The translations under genes and the position numbers were made by a program. The notes beneath the pieces were generated by a model. It was not told the origin of the DNA. It did not search any database and saw only the letters and a list, made by a program, of their open reading frames with translations. A DNA stretch of 63,998 bases, filler included, from Piptocephalis cylindrospora (Eukaryota), in the NCBI GenBank assembly GCA_003614145.1. It is 3 parts of 3 records of this genome, joined end to end, with 100 filler letters (N's around TTAATTAATTAA, not from the genome) between each part and the next. Parts side by side here need not be neighbours in the genome. Positions count along the whole stretch, not along the records: positions 22,859 to 45,562 come from KZ987797.1; 2 more parts are not named here. One strand, written 5' to 3'. Positions 25,864 to 36,955 of this stretch are shown here, one piece after another (within the stretch, counting starts at the first letter, position 1; every line of letters starts with the position of its first letter).

Positions 25864-26020
25864 TCTTCATTAAATTGGTATCTGTCCAGCATGTGGGCTG
25901 CTGATGCTTATTCTAGTTACTTGATGGGCCAAAGTGACACTGAGCATTATAACAGCAAAGAAAGAGAAAGGATGTCGCGAAAGCAACTTTATTGCTCTTG
26001 CTGGGGGAGAAGTGTACCGG

Positions 26021-26761
26021 CTACATATCATAGGAGGGGGGCTCCACAGCTGGCATCATCCCTCCCCTTCCGCGGCCCTTGGGATAAATATCAAGATGTT
26101 TAGCCTTTTCACCGGTCACAGGGTTGGTGTTGCCCCAATGGACAGTGAACCAGTCGACGGGCTCGTCCTTCCAAGTACCCTTGGGGATCATGACGGCCTC
26201 TTGAGTCGCGTTCTGGCCATTACCCTGTGTATAGCTTGGGGAATCAGAAATGCCCTTGAGATAATACTGAGCAGTGGTCGGCTTTCCGGTCGCCTCATTC
26301 TTTAAATTCGAAGGCGTCAGGGACACGGAGTAGATAAAACGAGAGGCGACAAATACGTTCGCTTTGTCGATGGGAAGGCGGACTGTCTTGTCTTCGTTGG
26401 GAGTTTCCCAACGAATAATCTTTTTAAATCCGCCCTTAGCATCCTCTTCTGGGGTACCAAAGTATAGGAGCCTTCCGTTAATGCCTTCAAATGTCTTTCC
26501 ATCTGGTCCGAGGCTCATCTTATAGACACAATCCTTTTGAGGTACGTCAGTCTTGCGAAGGATGGCTTTTTGATGATCAGAAGGGCCAAGGCAGAGGAAG
26601 TATAGCTTGTTATCTTTATCCTTGGTCACAATGGACTGGTAGGCGTAGTTATAGCCAGTTACCTGCTCCCCAAAGCCGCCAAAAATAGGACTAGGGTGCG
26701 GGGAGGAGAGGCATGCAGGGAGGCCCGCAAGAAGGGCTGCAAGGCAGATAAACAGTTTCAT
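26021..26761 (-). CDS. Secreted orphan protein (246 aa)
   Basis: Intronless ORF with signal peptide MKLFICLAALLAGLPACLS; no recognised domain. Confidence 0.65.
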   Translation of the reverse strand: MKLFICLAALLAGLPACLSSPHPSPIFGGFGEQVTGYNYAYQSIVTKDKDNKLYFLCLGPSDHQKAILRKTDVPQKDCVYKMSLGPDGKTFEGINGRLLYFGTPEEDAKGGFKKIIRWETPNEDKTVRLPIDKANVFVASRFIYSVSLTPSNLKNEATGKPTTAQYYLKGISDSPSYTQGNGQNATQEAVMIPKGTWKDEPVDWFTVHWGNTNPVTGEKAKHLDIYPKGRGRGGMMPAVEPPSYDM

Positions 26762-28157
26762 GGTGGGGATGGAGATGGATGGGGAAAAATGAGAAATCGG
26801 AGCAACGAAGTCCAGCAACGTTGGATCAAGCAGGTGGTTGAAGGAGAAAAGGGAGAATGGAGAAGAGGGAAAGGGAGGGGAAGCGAGGGAAACTGGGAGA
26901 GAGGAAAAGTATAGAGTGTAGGGGCGATGGGAGAAACGTTGAATGTGAAAGAGGGAGGGTATGATCCCACTCTATTTATACCTTTCCTCGATTCCACTAC
27001 ACAGTTTCACACCCCTCAACAATGTATTGGTCAATGTGCTACCTTAACAGATGAACAGTTTGCTTTCTATTCTACCTAAGGCTTCTTGGGCTCAGCCTCC
27101 GCCTTTCCGACCAGAGATGTCACTGGGTCAACAGCGGTTGCAGAATGGACGAATGATCTCCACCAGTGCCTATTCTGTAGGGGATGTGAGCGAACCGGAA
27201 CTCCGCTTGCAGCTGTATGTCTCAGCAGCCTTATGGGACCTTTAGGGCTACTGAGGCTTTGTAAACCATCTCTGCCTTTCCTTCTTTCCTCCCAGTTCTC
27301 TAGGGCAGTTGCAAAGTGTCTTGATCGGTAGTTGAATAGCGTGACAGAAGCGCTGCTATGAGAATACACACTATCTGATGAGAAACTCCCCTACTTGGGA
27401 GTTTTTCATGATATGAGCTGGAGATACACGGTGAAAAGAAGCGTATATTCATCGGTTTGTAAGTAGGGCGATGCCTATACAAAGAGCGCGTGCTGTCCAC
27501 ACATACCAATGCCATTCTCGCTAGAGATGGAATGCGAGGCGTCCGATGCTCTTCATTCCCGGGAGCAACCCCGCTCCTCACTATACCTTTTTACTGTGAT
27601 GCCAAAAGGAAAGAGCCCACCGAATGTCCTCCGATGCACACTGCTATAATCAGCTGGAACAGAATCACTTCAGCGAATAGCCGTGCTGGAAAGAGCTGTT
27701 CATCCATTGATAATTATTTTGCCAGGATGGTAGGAATTTAGTTGGCAGTGCTCCAGAAAGGTGCTGGGTAGCAATAGCAAAAGCGGTCTCTTTACATTCC
27801 GCTGATCTTTCGGAGTATTACATGTCATTCTACCTCCCTGAGACCCTACCACTAGCAATGGAGTACTGAGCTTCTACAGCCAGATGTGCTTTTTGATCCC
27901 CTCCTCTCTCTTCACAAAGCTTGTCATTAAAAGAACACTGAGCGCAAACATGAACGCAACCCCCTAAATAGCGTGAATAGTGGCCGTATGTGAGATTGCT
28001 TTCCAGTGTATCAATGAGTCAATATAAGAGAACGTCCTACGGTGGGATTAAAAAAAGATGCGATACAAATGCAGGCCACTCCAAGATTAACCCTCTTTCT
28101 CACATCATCTAGCACTTCCTGAGTGGATTATCCAATCCTGCTGATACCTCCCTTTTG

Positions 28158-30134
28158 CTATGTGTTTCTCTGTGAGGTAGCTCCTACATGTCTTGGCCAT
28201 GCATCGAAGTAATAGTAGCTTGTGTACGTTACGCCAATGGAAAATCCCAAGTCTCGAAGTATAGAGCCGGTATAGAGGGAGAGGGGTTTGTAGAGGATAG
28301 ACTCGATATTCAACAAATGCTTCCTCTCGTCTTCGCTATGGACACAGGGTTTAGGGCTGGAGCGGGCCAGGGTATTCGTCACGAACGATACGCCATCATT
28401 AAGAATTTTCATAAAGTGCTCCGCGGCATAGTCTCCAGGGAAAGAACGGGCGCTCCATTGTTGTTGGAATTTCATGACTTGAGGAAGGGCACTCTCAAGC
28501 CACTCCATCTCTGGGAATGCAATAAGCGACTGCCGCAGTACTCGTCTCCGCATAACCCGAAGATCCAGTAGAGCTCGGAGATGAAAGATGAGATGAACCC
28601 CAAGGAAGCTGGGAAGGTGAGGAGCAACCGAGGTGTGCAGAGCCACAAGATTCACATTGTACGGGGTGGATGGGGAAATGAGGGGGAGTAGATTCTTGAC
28701 GAGGGAGAGTGCTACCTGGTTTTCTCCAGAGTGATGGGCTGAGATCTGTTCTCCCGCCGACATGGCCTTTCCGGTGATATCATGGATACTGGGGAGTAGG
28801 GTGTCCATGAGAAGGACATCTACCTTTCCTTCCTTGGTATGAGGGAGTAGAACGCGTAGGGCCGATGAAATCATCCTGGAGTCATAACGATTTGGATGCG
28901 TATGGATGAGGACTTTGATCTTTCGAGAAATGGCCTTAATGGTCAAAGGGGACCCAGAGAGATAAAGACGAAATTGGGCCAGGACTGACAGGGTCAATGG
29001 GACCGTCAGCCGCTGGAGATACGTATCTAAACGCTTGTAATGCACCATCCACGCATTTCTATCTTTTAGAGACTTGGAGAAGTGGAGGTGGGCCAATTCC
29101 TTGCGAAAGTCGCGGATCCTCTTCAGTCCAGAATCCTTTATCTCTTTAACCAGTACTTGGGCCTGGAAGTAGCGGTAGGAGGGTGAAGGAACGCCCGAGG
29201 TCATTATGGGATCTGTTTGTGCCAAAAGGTCCAGAAGGCGGAGGAAGTTCTTCATGAGACGTCCCCAAAATTCTTCAAGCCCTCGATATTTGTCTCGGGG
29301 AGTCTTGGTCCAGGAAGACCACATGGCTTGAGCCCAGTTTTCATCCTTCCCCAGAGACTGAAGAAAAGAATAATGTGCCTTCATCATTACTTTCCACATG
29401 GGATGATCCATGAGATCGATCATGTCTGCATGGGAAGCGGATAAGGAAGGGTTGTGAGAGCTTCCCGATATCGAATGGTCAAGAGCATGGGCGAGGAGGT
29501 GCCACTGTCTCTTCTGATACTCGATGAAGAAGAAAGGAAAGTGAATTTGAAGATCCACATGAGCAAAACGAAGGATGATTTCGGTATGGTCGGTGGATGA
29601 AGATGTAAAAGAAGGATTGGGGCTTTCTGAAGAGGGGACAGGATGGGAGTACTGATCAATGAGGGCCTTTGAGCGGGTGTAAAGAAGATCGTTGCGGAGA
29701 AGATAGGTTTCTTCGGCGTCCTCAGAGACGGAGGTGTCCAAGAGATAGTTGCATAGCCGAGCATGAAGGACGTTGTGTTTGGGAATCAAGGGAGGTTCTG
29801 GATTTGATAGCCTTGCCTGGAGAAGATGGTGATGTTCCGGACGACTCCGCATGCACCAGTTCGATAAAGGGTCTGAAGTCAGATGGACAAGCCTTCCAAA
29901 TGGTTCGACGATAGACGCACGCAAGGTAATGGCATGAATGAGGGAAGAGAGGATTTCAGCGGGGAAGTAAGCATCCATTTTCTCCGTGCTCTCTGGGGAG
30001 ATCGGGGGGGTGATGGACAGAGGGCGTCCAGCCGTCCCGTGGGCCTTCTCTGACCCCGAAGAAGATGAGGTGACGAGGAGGGGCCAAAAAAACAGGGCGT
30101 TGGCAAGGAGTAGAAGTGGGGATATGGATCGCAT
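28158..30134 (-). CDS. Secreted, largely helical orphan protein (658 aa)
   Basis: Long intronless ORF; signal peptide MRSISPLLLLANALFFWPLLVTS; no recognised domain. Confidence 0.65.
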   Translation of the reverse strand: MRSISPLLLLANALFFWPLLVTSSSSGSEKAHGTAGRPLSITPPISPESTEKMDAYFPAEILSSLIHAITLRASIVEPFGRLVHLTSDPLSNWCMRSRPEHHHLLQARLSNPEPPLIPKHNVLHARLCNYLLDTSVSEDAEETYLLRNDLLYTRSKALIDQYSHPVPSSESPNPSFTSSSTDHTEIILRFAHVDLQIHFPFFFIEYQKRQWHLLAHALDHSISGSSHNPSLSASHADMIDLMDHPMWKVMMKAHYSFLQSLGKDENWAQAMWSSWTKTPRDKYRGLEEFWGRLMKNFLRLLDLLAQTDPIMTSGVPSPSYRYFQAQVLVKEIKDSGLKRIRDFRKELAHLHFSKSLKDRNAWMVHYKRLDTYLQRLTVPLTLSVLAQFRLYLSGSPLTIKAISRKIKVLIHTHPNRYDSRMISSALRVLLPHTKEGKVDVLLMDTLLPSIHDITGKAMSAGEQISAHHSGENQVALSLVKNLLPLISPSTPYNVNLVALHTSVAPHLPSFLGVHLIFHLRALLDLRVMRRRVLRQSLIAFPEMEWLESALPQVMKFQQQWSARSFPGDYAAEHFMKILNDGVSFVTNTLARSSPKPCVHSEDERKHLLNIESILYKPLSLYTGSILRDLGFSIGVTYTSYYYFDAWPRHVGATSQRNT

Positions 30135-30751
30135 CGTTAGGTACTGATAATCGTAAAGCACTACTTGAAGACCAGAGAGCGAACAAAAGGGCGTTATATC
30201 AGGTTGGAAAGGGGAGGGGGAAAAAGGAAGAGATTTGTGACTAAAGCCTGGTGGTGATATGCATGCCATCGATTTATTCGTCTCCTCGGTGTAAATGTAG
30301 GTGTCAAAGCTCCAATCCCATCCCCGCCAGTCAGTCAGCATGGAAAGCGCGGGCCGAACTCTGGTGATCAACACCCAAGGCGTTGTTATTGAGCGGGCAC
30401 TAATTTACTCGTAACAGAGAAGTGTATGACATTTCTATCTCTTCCTCTATGCTTTGAATGGTCCAAGGGTAACCAATCACTCCCCAATGTTTGTATGAAG
30501 CCACAATGGAGTATATCTTAGGCATACTGATGAACCGTTCTTAGCACATAATTATGTTGACGAGAGAAGAGAAGGTGTTTATTGCCCTCCTGGATAATCC
30601 AAGCGACAACCAAGTCGGATGGGATAAACAGCCGAAGAGCGAATGATCCTCATGAAAAGATTAATTTCCATGCCTAATCATGGTAGCAAACCCACCAATG
30701 ACTTGGCCAATGTCCTCATCATTATCTTTAGTAATCATACTGAAGGATCAT

Positions 30752-30973
30752 TTAATCCTCTTCCTCATCGTCACTATTATCAAAGCGTGCACCAGACACT
30801 TTCTCAAAGCTATTGAAATCATCAGATCCGTCCCCAAACACGGCAGACGCCTTGGTCCATTCGTCATCTCGCTTGGAGAACGATCTGTAGCTAGGAACTT
30901 GGCGTGAGGAGGCCAGGACAGTGGTTGAGGCAAGCATGGCAAAGATGCCGATGGAAAGGAGGGTGGTACGCAT
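30752..30973 (-). CDS. Small secreted peptide precursor (73 aa) with KR processing site
   Basis: Signal MRTTLLSIGIFAMLASTTVLA, then FSKR|DDEW and an acidic tail. Confidence 0.5.
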   Translation of the reverse strand: MRTTLLSIGIFAMLASTTVLASSRQVPSYRSFSKRDDEWTKASAVFGDGSDDFNSFEKVSGARFDNSDDEEED

Positions 30974-32530
30974 GGTAAGGGTGTGGGGGGATGTGCTGGA
31001 TGATCAGTGGGCCGGCCAAAGATATCACAAGATAAGGTCAGCTGGAATGGGGAAAAGAGAGGACGAAAAGGGAATGGTAGGTTGATTAGTGGGAGGGGGG
31101 AGGGGGAAAGTAATCAAGGGGAATCTAGTTTACCTCGCCAGCATTTATGCCAATGCCCACTTGAAGCCATCACCACATTCAGTTTTCCATGGAGGACTGG
31201 TTGGTTGTTTAGAAGGGATAATTCGCTGGAATAGAGCCCCTCTCGAGGTAGAACCAATGATACTAGGGGAGAAAAAGAGAGTGATCATGTTGCCTTGCAT
31301 AATATGAACATGGAGTCTCCATCTCTCATAGATTGATGTACTATGAGAAAATAGCCCCGCCTCCTGCTCCATTGGTCACCACATTCATGGGCCCTCCTGG
31401 TAGGAGATCTTCTCTGATGCTGGTGAAACCCATCAGCCTAGGACCATTAGTCCCATTTTTATAAGTCGATGGAAGATCCTTAACCTTCCAGAGCCTATCC
31501 TGGGGCACCACTAAACAGCCCAAGGCGGCACCACTGGCGGAGCAGAATGCCAAGTATGAAAGGGGCTTTTCTGTCTCCTGCTTTAATCGCTGGAAATACA
31601 GAGGACCAGTGCTTTGCATAGCCCTTCATGTCTCCCCTCACATAGCCCTGTAGAAACAGCATAATGGGAGATGGCTACATGGGCATGCTTGGAGAAGTAA
31701 AAGCGGGGGAGGGGGAGAGGGCTCTATCTGTCTTTCGGAATCGCTCTGCCATGGGAAAGGAGCATTCTGCTCATCATACTACGGTTAGGAACCAAGTAAC
31801 AGCACTCCTGGGTTGTTGTCATAGGACGTTTCTGGCTGTCCAAGGAGACGGGGTCTGGGGCGTCGGAGATTGAAAATGGAAGTATTGATACTAGGAATGA
31901 GAATGCGAGGACAGTGGAGGCGTTCTGCGGACCTGAGATGGAAAGGTAAAGTCAGGGTAAAAGCAGATGAGGAAAGCTAAATACAGGAAGGAACAAGGAA
32001 GGACGGACCATTCTCTAGAAATGTTTCTTGCAGAGGGAGTGTGTGAACAGATAAAGCTACCCCCTCTTTTTCATGACCCTCCTTGTAAGACATGGACTCG
32101 CCTCTTCGTATTTCTAGCTCCGACAAATACACCAGTCGATTCATCTTATGAGACCGGGCTAACTCGTTCAGGGGCAGTACATCCCTGGCTCCCTCCTGAT
32201 GAAACCACACATTACATCTTTTCGGCTCGTCTCATCCCATCCCCAAGGACATATCCTGAAAGTATAAAGCCCAGGGCAAATAACCCGCTTACTCCCTTTC
32301 CTTCTCTCCTCCCGCCCCCTCCCCTCCTCTCCTCCCGCCCCCTCCTCTCCTCTCCTCCCACCCCCTTCCCTCCTCTCTTCCATTGCTTGCCTTTCATCCT
32401 CCTCTCTTGCTACACTGTTGACCAGTGACTCATCTTTTCCTGCTCCCCCTCGCCTCCATTCTCATTGGATCCTTTTCATTTGGCATCCTTTTGGAATTCC
32501 AGCCCCATCCACTTTGTTCCTCCCATTATC

Positions 32531-33334
32531 ATGGCTTTCTCGTCCAAGTTCTGTCTCATCGCACTGGTTGCACTGATGGCTGTTACCGCAATCTCGGCTG
32601 TTCCTTCTCCATCTCCAGATGGGGTCGGATGGTTAGTGAAGCGTGAAGAAGAAGGTCAGGGAGGCAATGGCACCGATAACACTGATAGTGATGGTGGAGG
32701 TGATAGCGCCAATAAGGATCCCGTCGTCGTTAAAGACATCAAGTATGAAATAATCGCCTTTCCTGCAGAGTATGAGAACTCTGCCGAGAAAGTTAATATT
32801 ACGGACCCCGACGGAAAGATCCTCGCAAAGAATGCTCCAAAAGCCTTTAAGATTGCTTTCATCCAGGAAATGAACGGGTACATTAATGGTAAATTACTGT
32901 CCGCCGTCTCCTGCTCTACTGGCATACCCGGTGTATGTGCTGTGACCCTCGAGTCTTCCCCGGACATACCATATGGCTTCACTCATCAAGATCGACCTCT
33001 GAATCCCTTTGTATCTTTCTTCTCCGATGACCTCCCTGTTGGAAGCGTCTATAAGGTCGATGAGCTGATCAACAAGACCATTTCAGGATCAAAGATGAAG
33101 CACAACGGCTGTATTCGCGTGGATGAAGATTGTAACTGGGGCCATGGATGTAAAAGCGGCTCCGGTACCCTCTTGGTGGGTACTATGAGGAACTACAAGG
33201 AGGTGGCTCAGCTTAACTTGGAAGGCTATACCCTGCACAAATCCAGCGAGAGCGAATGCCCTTTGCAGGATTACCTCAAGGATGACCCTCTTCTCACTGC
33301 CGCTCCAGGATCTGCGGTTGTAAAAGGAATGTGA
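32531..33334 (+). CDS. Secreted Cys-containing orphan protein with Kex2-type KR propeptide
   Basis: Signal MAFSSKFCLIALVALMAVTAISA, VKR|EEE, G/D linker and a globular domain with 6 Cys; intronless. Confidence 0.7.
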   Translation: MAFSSKFCLIALVALMAVTAISAVPSPSPDGVGWLVKREEEGQGGNGTDNTDSDGGGDSANKDPVVVKDIKYEIIAFPAEYENSAEKVNITDPDGKILAKNAPKAFKIAFIQEMNGYINGKLLSAVSCSTGIPGVCAVTLESSPDIPYGFTHQDRPLNPFVSFFSDDLPVGSVYKVDELINKTISGSKMKHNGCIRVDEDCNWGHGCKSGSGTLLVGTMRNYKEVAQLNLEGYTLHKSSESECPLQDYLKDDPLLTAAPGSAVVKGM

Positions 33335-34247
33335 TGGGAAAGGCGCCGATTTCAATATGAATGAAGGTCCAGATACTATCGATGATCCTAGTGATGGGTG
33401 GGAGGAATATATTTGGTCCCTGCCGATATACAATACCTCATTCTATGGTCATGAATGCGTGAAGAATCGAGGTTGAGATGGGCATACCTTCAGGTTAATG
33501 GGTCATTCTTATACTTTCGATGTGTTTGAACATTCCACTGACCTTTGCAGCAAGCGTATAATATAGTTTGACTATAGATTATTGCATACCTTCTCTATCT
33601 CCCAAGGCAAGTTCGAGGATGAATAAAAGCACCATTTGTTCATCGAAGACCCAGATCCACTGATGCAGTTCATGTCAGCTCAGTCCGAAAAGTATTTCCA
33701 ATGTATTTCTTCATGCAGAACTAGTAAAGTACTTTGTTCAAGGAAGCATAAAGGGGTCCTTAAGCGTGGATCAGGTGTTTCACCCCCCTCCCCCAGGGCT
33801 TCGGGTCTGCGTCGACTCGTGTCTGTGAGCCATCTTAGGCAACGGCTCTTTGGTTGATATATCGAGCATGTCATCTGGTGCTACCAGAAAAAGGAAGCAA
33901 GCGTCGCTCTGAGCCTCTGGCAGTCTTAAAGGCAGAAGTGACAATAATGCTCTCTCAGTCAAAAAAAGGGCAGTCCTCTAGAGACACGGCGCTCAGATGT
34001 GGGACAGGAGGCCAGGGGCTTTTGTCTTCAGGTCTGATTCCAGGTAACCTTGTGGATCGTAAGATCTTAAAGCCATATCAATAGGCACTCAGATTGTGTG
34101 ATGAACTTGGAATTGCATAGTTGGCTCAGCTAGTCGTTGGTAGACGATAAACGGCACTCTCTTCCTCCAGTTCCTTCTACCAGTGCGCATCACAACCTCC
34201 CCCAACTCTTTCTTCTATTTGGTTCCTCTGTTTGCAAGCCTTCCGCC

Positions 34248-35547
34248 ATGCATGACTTTATGAATCATTGTCTTCATGCCTGGCTTAGGGCAACAGGCTG
34301 GGATGAGCATAATCAGTTTGCTTCGCTTCATTCCCCATCCAAGGCCATCTTGGACTTTGTCATTCCGCGAGGCTTCCTGGTTACAGCCTCGAAACACGCC
34401 TATCCTCACCTGGCTTCCTCTGTAACGTTCGCACCAGTCCCGTCCACTCGCACTTCCACTCTAGATCTCTCCTACCTCTACACCTCTCGATCCCTAAACC
34501 TCCCTAGTCCGCACCAACGACCCCATGCTGACTTGTCCAGGCCTTTGCCAGATGAAGAGCCTCTGGATGAGCGGGGAAGGTCTGTCCATATTGGTTCCAC
34601 TCTCTTGTACGGGCGATTGTTTATGCCCACGGGTGACTTGGAGGCTATGTGGGTTCGAAGATGCAGTCAAAGGACACTGGTAGGTTAGGTTAGATTACAA
34701 GGAGAAAGGAAGGGAAGTATATCCTCGGAAATAGCTGACTTACCCGCTTTTCTTGTACCCATACGGCCCATACGAACAATAGATCCGATGTATGGCCTTC
34801 TCCTCGGCCAAGGCAGCACCCAGCCCGTCCTCGGTCATGGACGGGGATCAGGGACCCCTGACGGCTCTGCTTCACTCTGCCGATCTGGGATTTGTGAGCG
34901 GCCATGTAGAGTATGATGGGGGTCGATGGTCAATGGAGGTCATGGGAAACTCGGATGATGCGCTCCTTGGCCTCCGTGCCCTCTATAACTTTCCCCGAAA
35001 GGAATCCTTCCATCATGTCGATGATAACGCGGTGGAGGGATCGATCCAGGGGGAAGAGATAGTGGAAGCGACAGCCGCTAGAGAGGAGAGGGAGGGGAAT
35101 ATCCGGTCAATTTCGAGCCCCACGGTGAGCGCATGGAGCGTAGGTGGAGAGATGTACTATACGGGTAAGGAGCACTCGGGAGGTCTGTCCCTTGGGGGAA
35201 GATATCGCCAGACGCTGCCTCGGCTCTACGAGGTTACCATGACGGCCAATCCCATCCTCGGGCATCTGTCTACGGCGTACACGCTTTCGGCATGGAGGAA
35301 CACTCTACTCCTAAGCTCGAGGTATGAATTCAACCTGCACTCTTATGAAAGTGATGTGTGCGCCGGGGCGGAATGGAGGAGCGGGGAGGACGGGGTGGTC
35401 CGAGTAAGGTTTGGACTTCGCGAGGGCCTCCGTCTCATTTTTGATGGTAAGTATGGACGGGCATGGTTTGCTTTTGGTGTCGGGGTTGGCGGTGAGGGTA
35501 AGCCCTCCTCTGGAAAGCTTGGCTTGCAGGTACAATTCATCGGATAA
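34248..35547 (+). CDS. MDM10: Mitochondrial distribution and morphology protein 10 (ERMES/SAM beta-barrel)
   Basis: MHDFMNHCLHAWLRATGWDEHNQF..ILDF, LSYLYTS, TLLYGRLFMP..LEA, LLGLRALYNF, SVGGEMYY..GGLS, NPILGHLS, SRYEFNLHSYESD. Intron 34680-34782. Confidence 0.9.
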
Positions 35548-36033
35548 GAATCATTTTTTGTGACAGAAATTTTGATGTAAGGTGAGTTTTATGAAAAGGC
35601 AAGATTTACTGTATACATACATGCGGGTGTTTAACCTCAACCCATAGGCCGATGCGTAGAGTCAGCCAGATCAATGAACATACAGTAGGGATCAACATTA
35701 TGGACTCGACCGAGTAATGAAAGTGATCTAGATTATGTTGCAATGACTGAGTTGTCAAGTGGCATGCGTGAGGACAAGCAAGGCATCTATAAAAATTTCA
35801 AAGAAGGATGAAGCATGGATTGTATGGATGACTCCCCAATAATAACATTATCGATGGACCTCTCCAATATATTTGAAGATTAAACCATTTTACGTCTGAA
35901 TACATTTCCCTACTTACTTTTAATAAACAGAGCCTTAATAATATTGATGAGTTTAATTATTTACTTCAAGTAGCATGATACATTTCTACCGAAAGCAAAA
36001 GTACAGTCAACTAAGAAAATCTCGAACTTAATA

Positions 36034-36153
36034 TAGGGTACGCGTCGGGAGCATAGTGCTCCTGGTACCACAAATGCCAGCTATATTAGCAGACACTGTG
36101 TTCGGATGCCCATCTGCCTACTCCACTGGGGAAAATAAAACGGTTTTATCATC
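36034..36153 (+). mobile_element. SINE-like structured repeat, copy D (120 nt, perfect 17-bp TSD)
   Basis: Flanked by AAATCTCGAACTTAATA at 36017-36033 and 36154-36170. Body TAGGGTACGCGTCG-GGAGCA-TAG-TGCTCC-TGGTACCAC...GTGTTCGGATGCCC...GGGGAAAATAAAACGGTTTTATCATC. Confidence 0.92.
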
Positions 36154-36955
36154 AAATCTCGAACTTAATACATCTACTGACCCAAGGAAAGTTAAATGAT
36201 CAAGGTTGCCGTGTATTTGAGATCGCGTCTAACCTGAAGCAGTAGATGTAGAGGAAAGTATGGATAGATGGTTTAGACAGACTCTAGTATTTCATAGGTA
36301 TTCAATCTATAAAATGCTCATATGAGTGCTTATTTGCCTTGTGAGAAGTCTCCTTTTCAGCCACCTCCAGACGTGCTATTTCGTTGTTGAAAAATTTATT
36401 GTTTCATGAGGAAAATGCGTCCAAAAGACTACAAGTGTGCTATTTCTATATAATTATGATCGTCACTTTAAGTAAAGATTTAAAGCCTGAAGCTCATCTT
36501 GTTGGGTGTAACGAGCTTATTCTTTTAATGTCCCCATACAGCACGTTTGGCGGAGTTAATTAAGAACAGGCTTGTCATGATTTTTGGTCTCCGCTACTCC
36601 GCCCGAGAGTAGCTCACAATCTATCTTAGTCTAGTCGTCCAGGAAAATTGATGTTGGATCCTTCCATGCTTTATCCTTCTTCCTCCATCCTCCTCGGTAT
36701 CTCTTTCCCCCATCTACATCCACGTCCTCTTCCTCTCCTCCTCTGCTTTGGACGTCTCCTCACGACCTTTCCCCCTCGTCCACAGCGTTCCCTCACGAAT
36801 CCAACTCTTTCTTCTTGCCTCCCTCCCCCCACATCTTGACATACCTGCCTTCTGAACAGACTCACTCCAAATCTCCTCCTTCCCGACAACGATATCTTCC
36901 TTTGCATCCCACTCGACCCCCTTAGCCCTTTCTGTTCCTCCCACGGCTCTGATCT

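Noticed and set aside
36034..36153. Repeat as tRNA gene, CRISPR repeat, MITE, hammerhead or HDV ribozyme
   Set aside because: No T-stem around TTCGGAT and no canonical D-loop. Copies are dispersed, not arrayed. No terminal inverted repeats. No CUGAUGA/GAAA core on either strand. I could not build the HDV P1/P3/L3 topology by hand.
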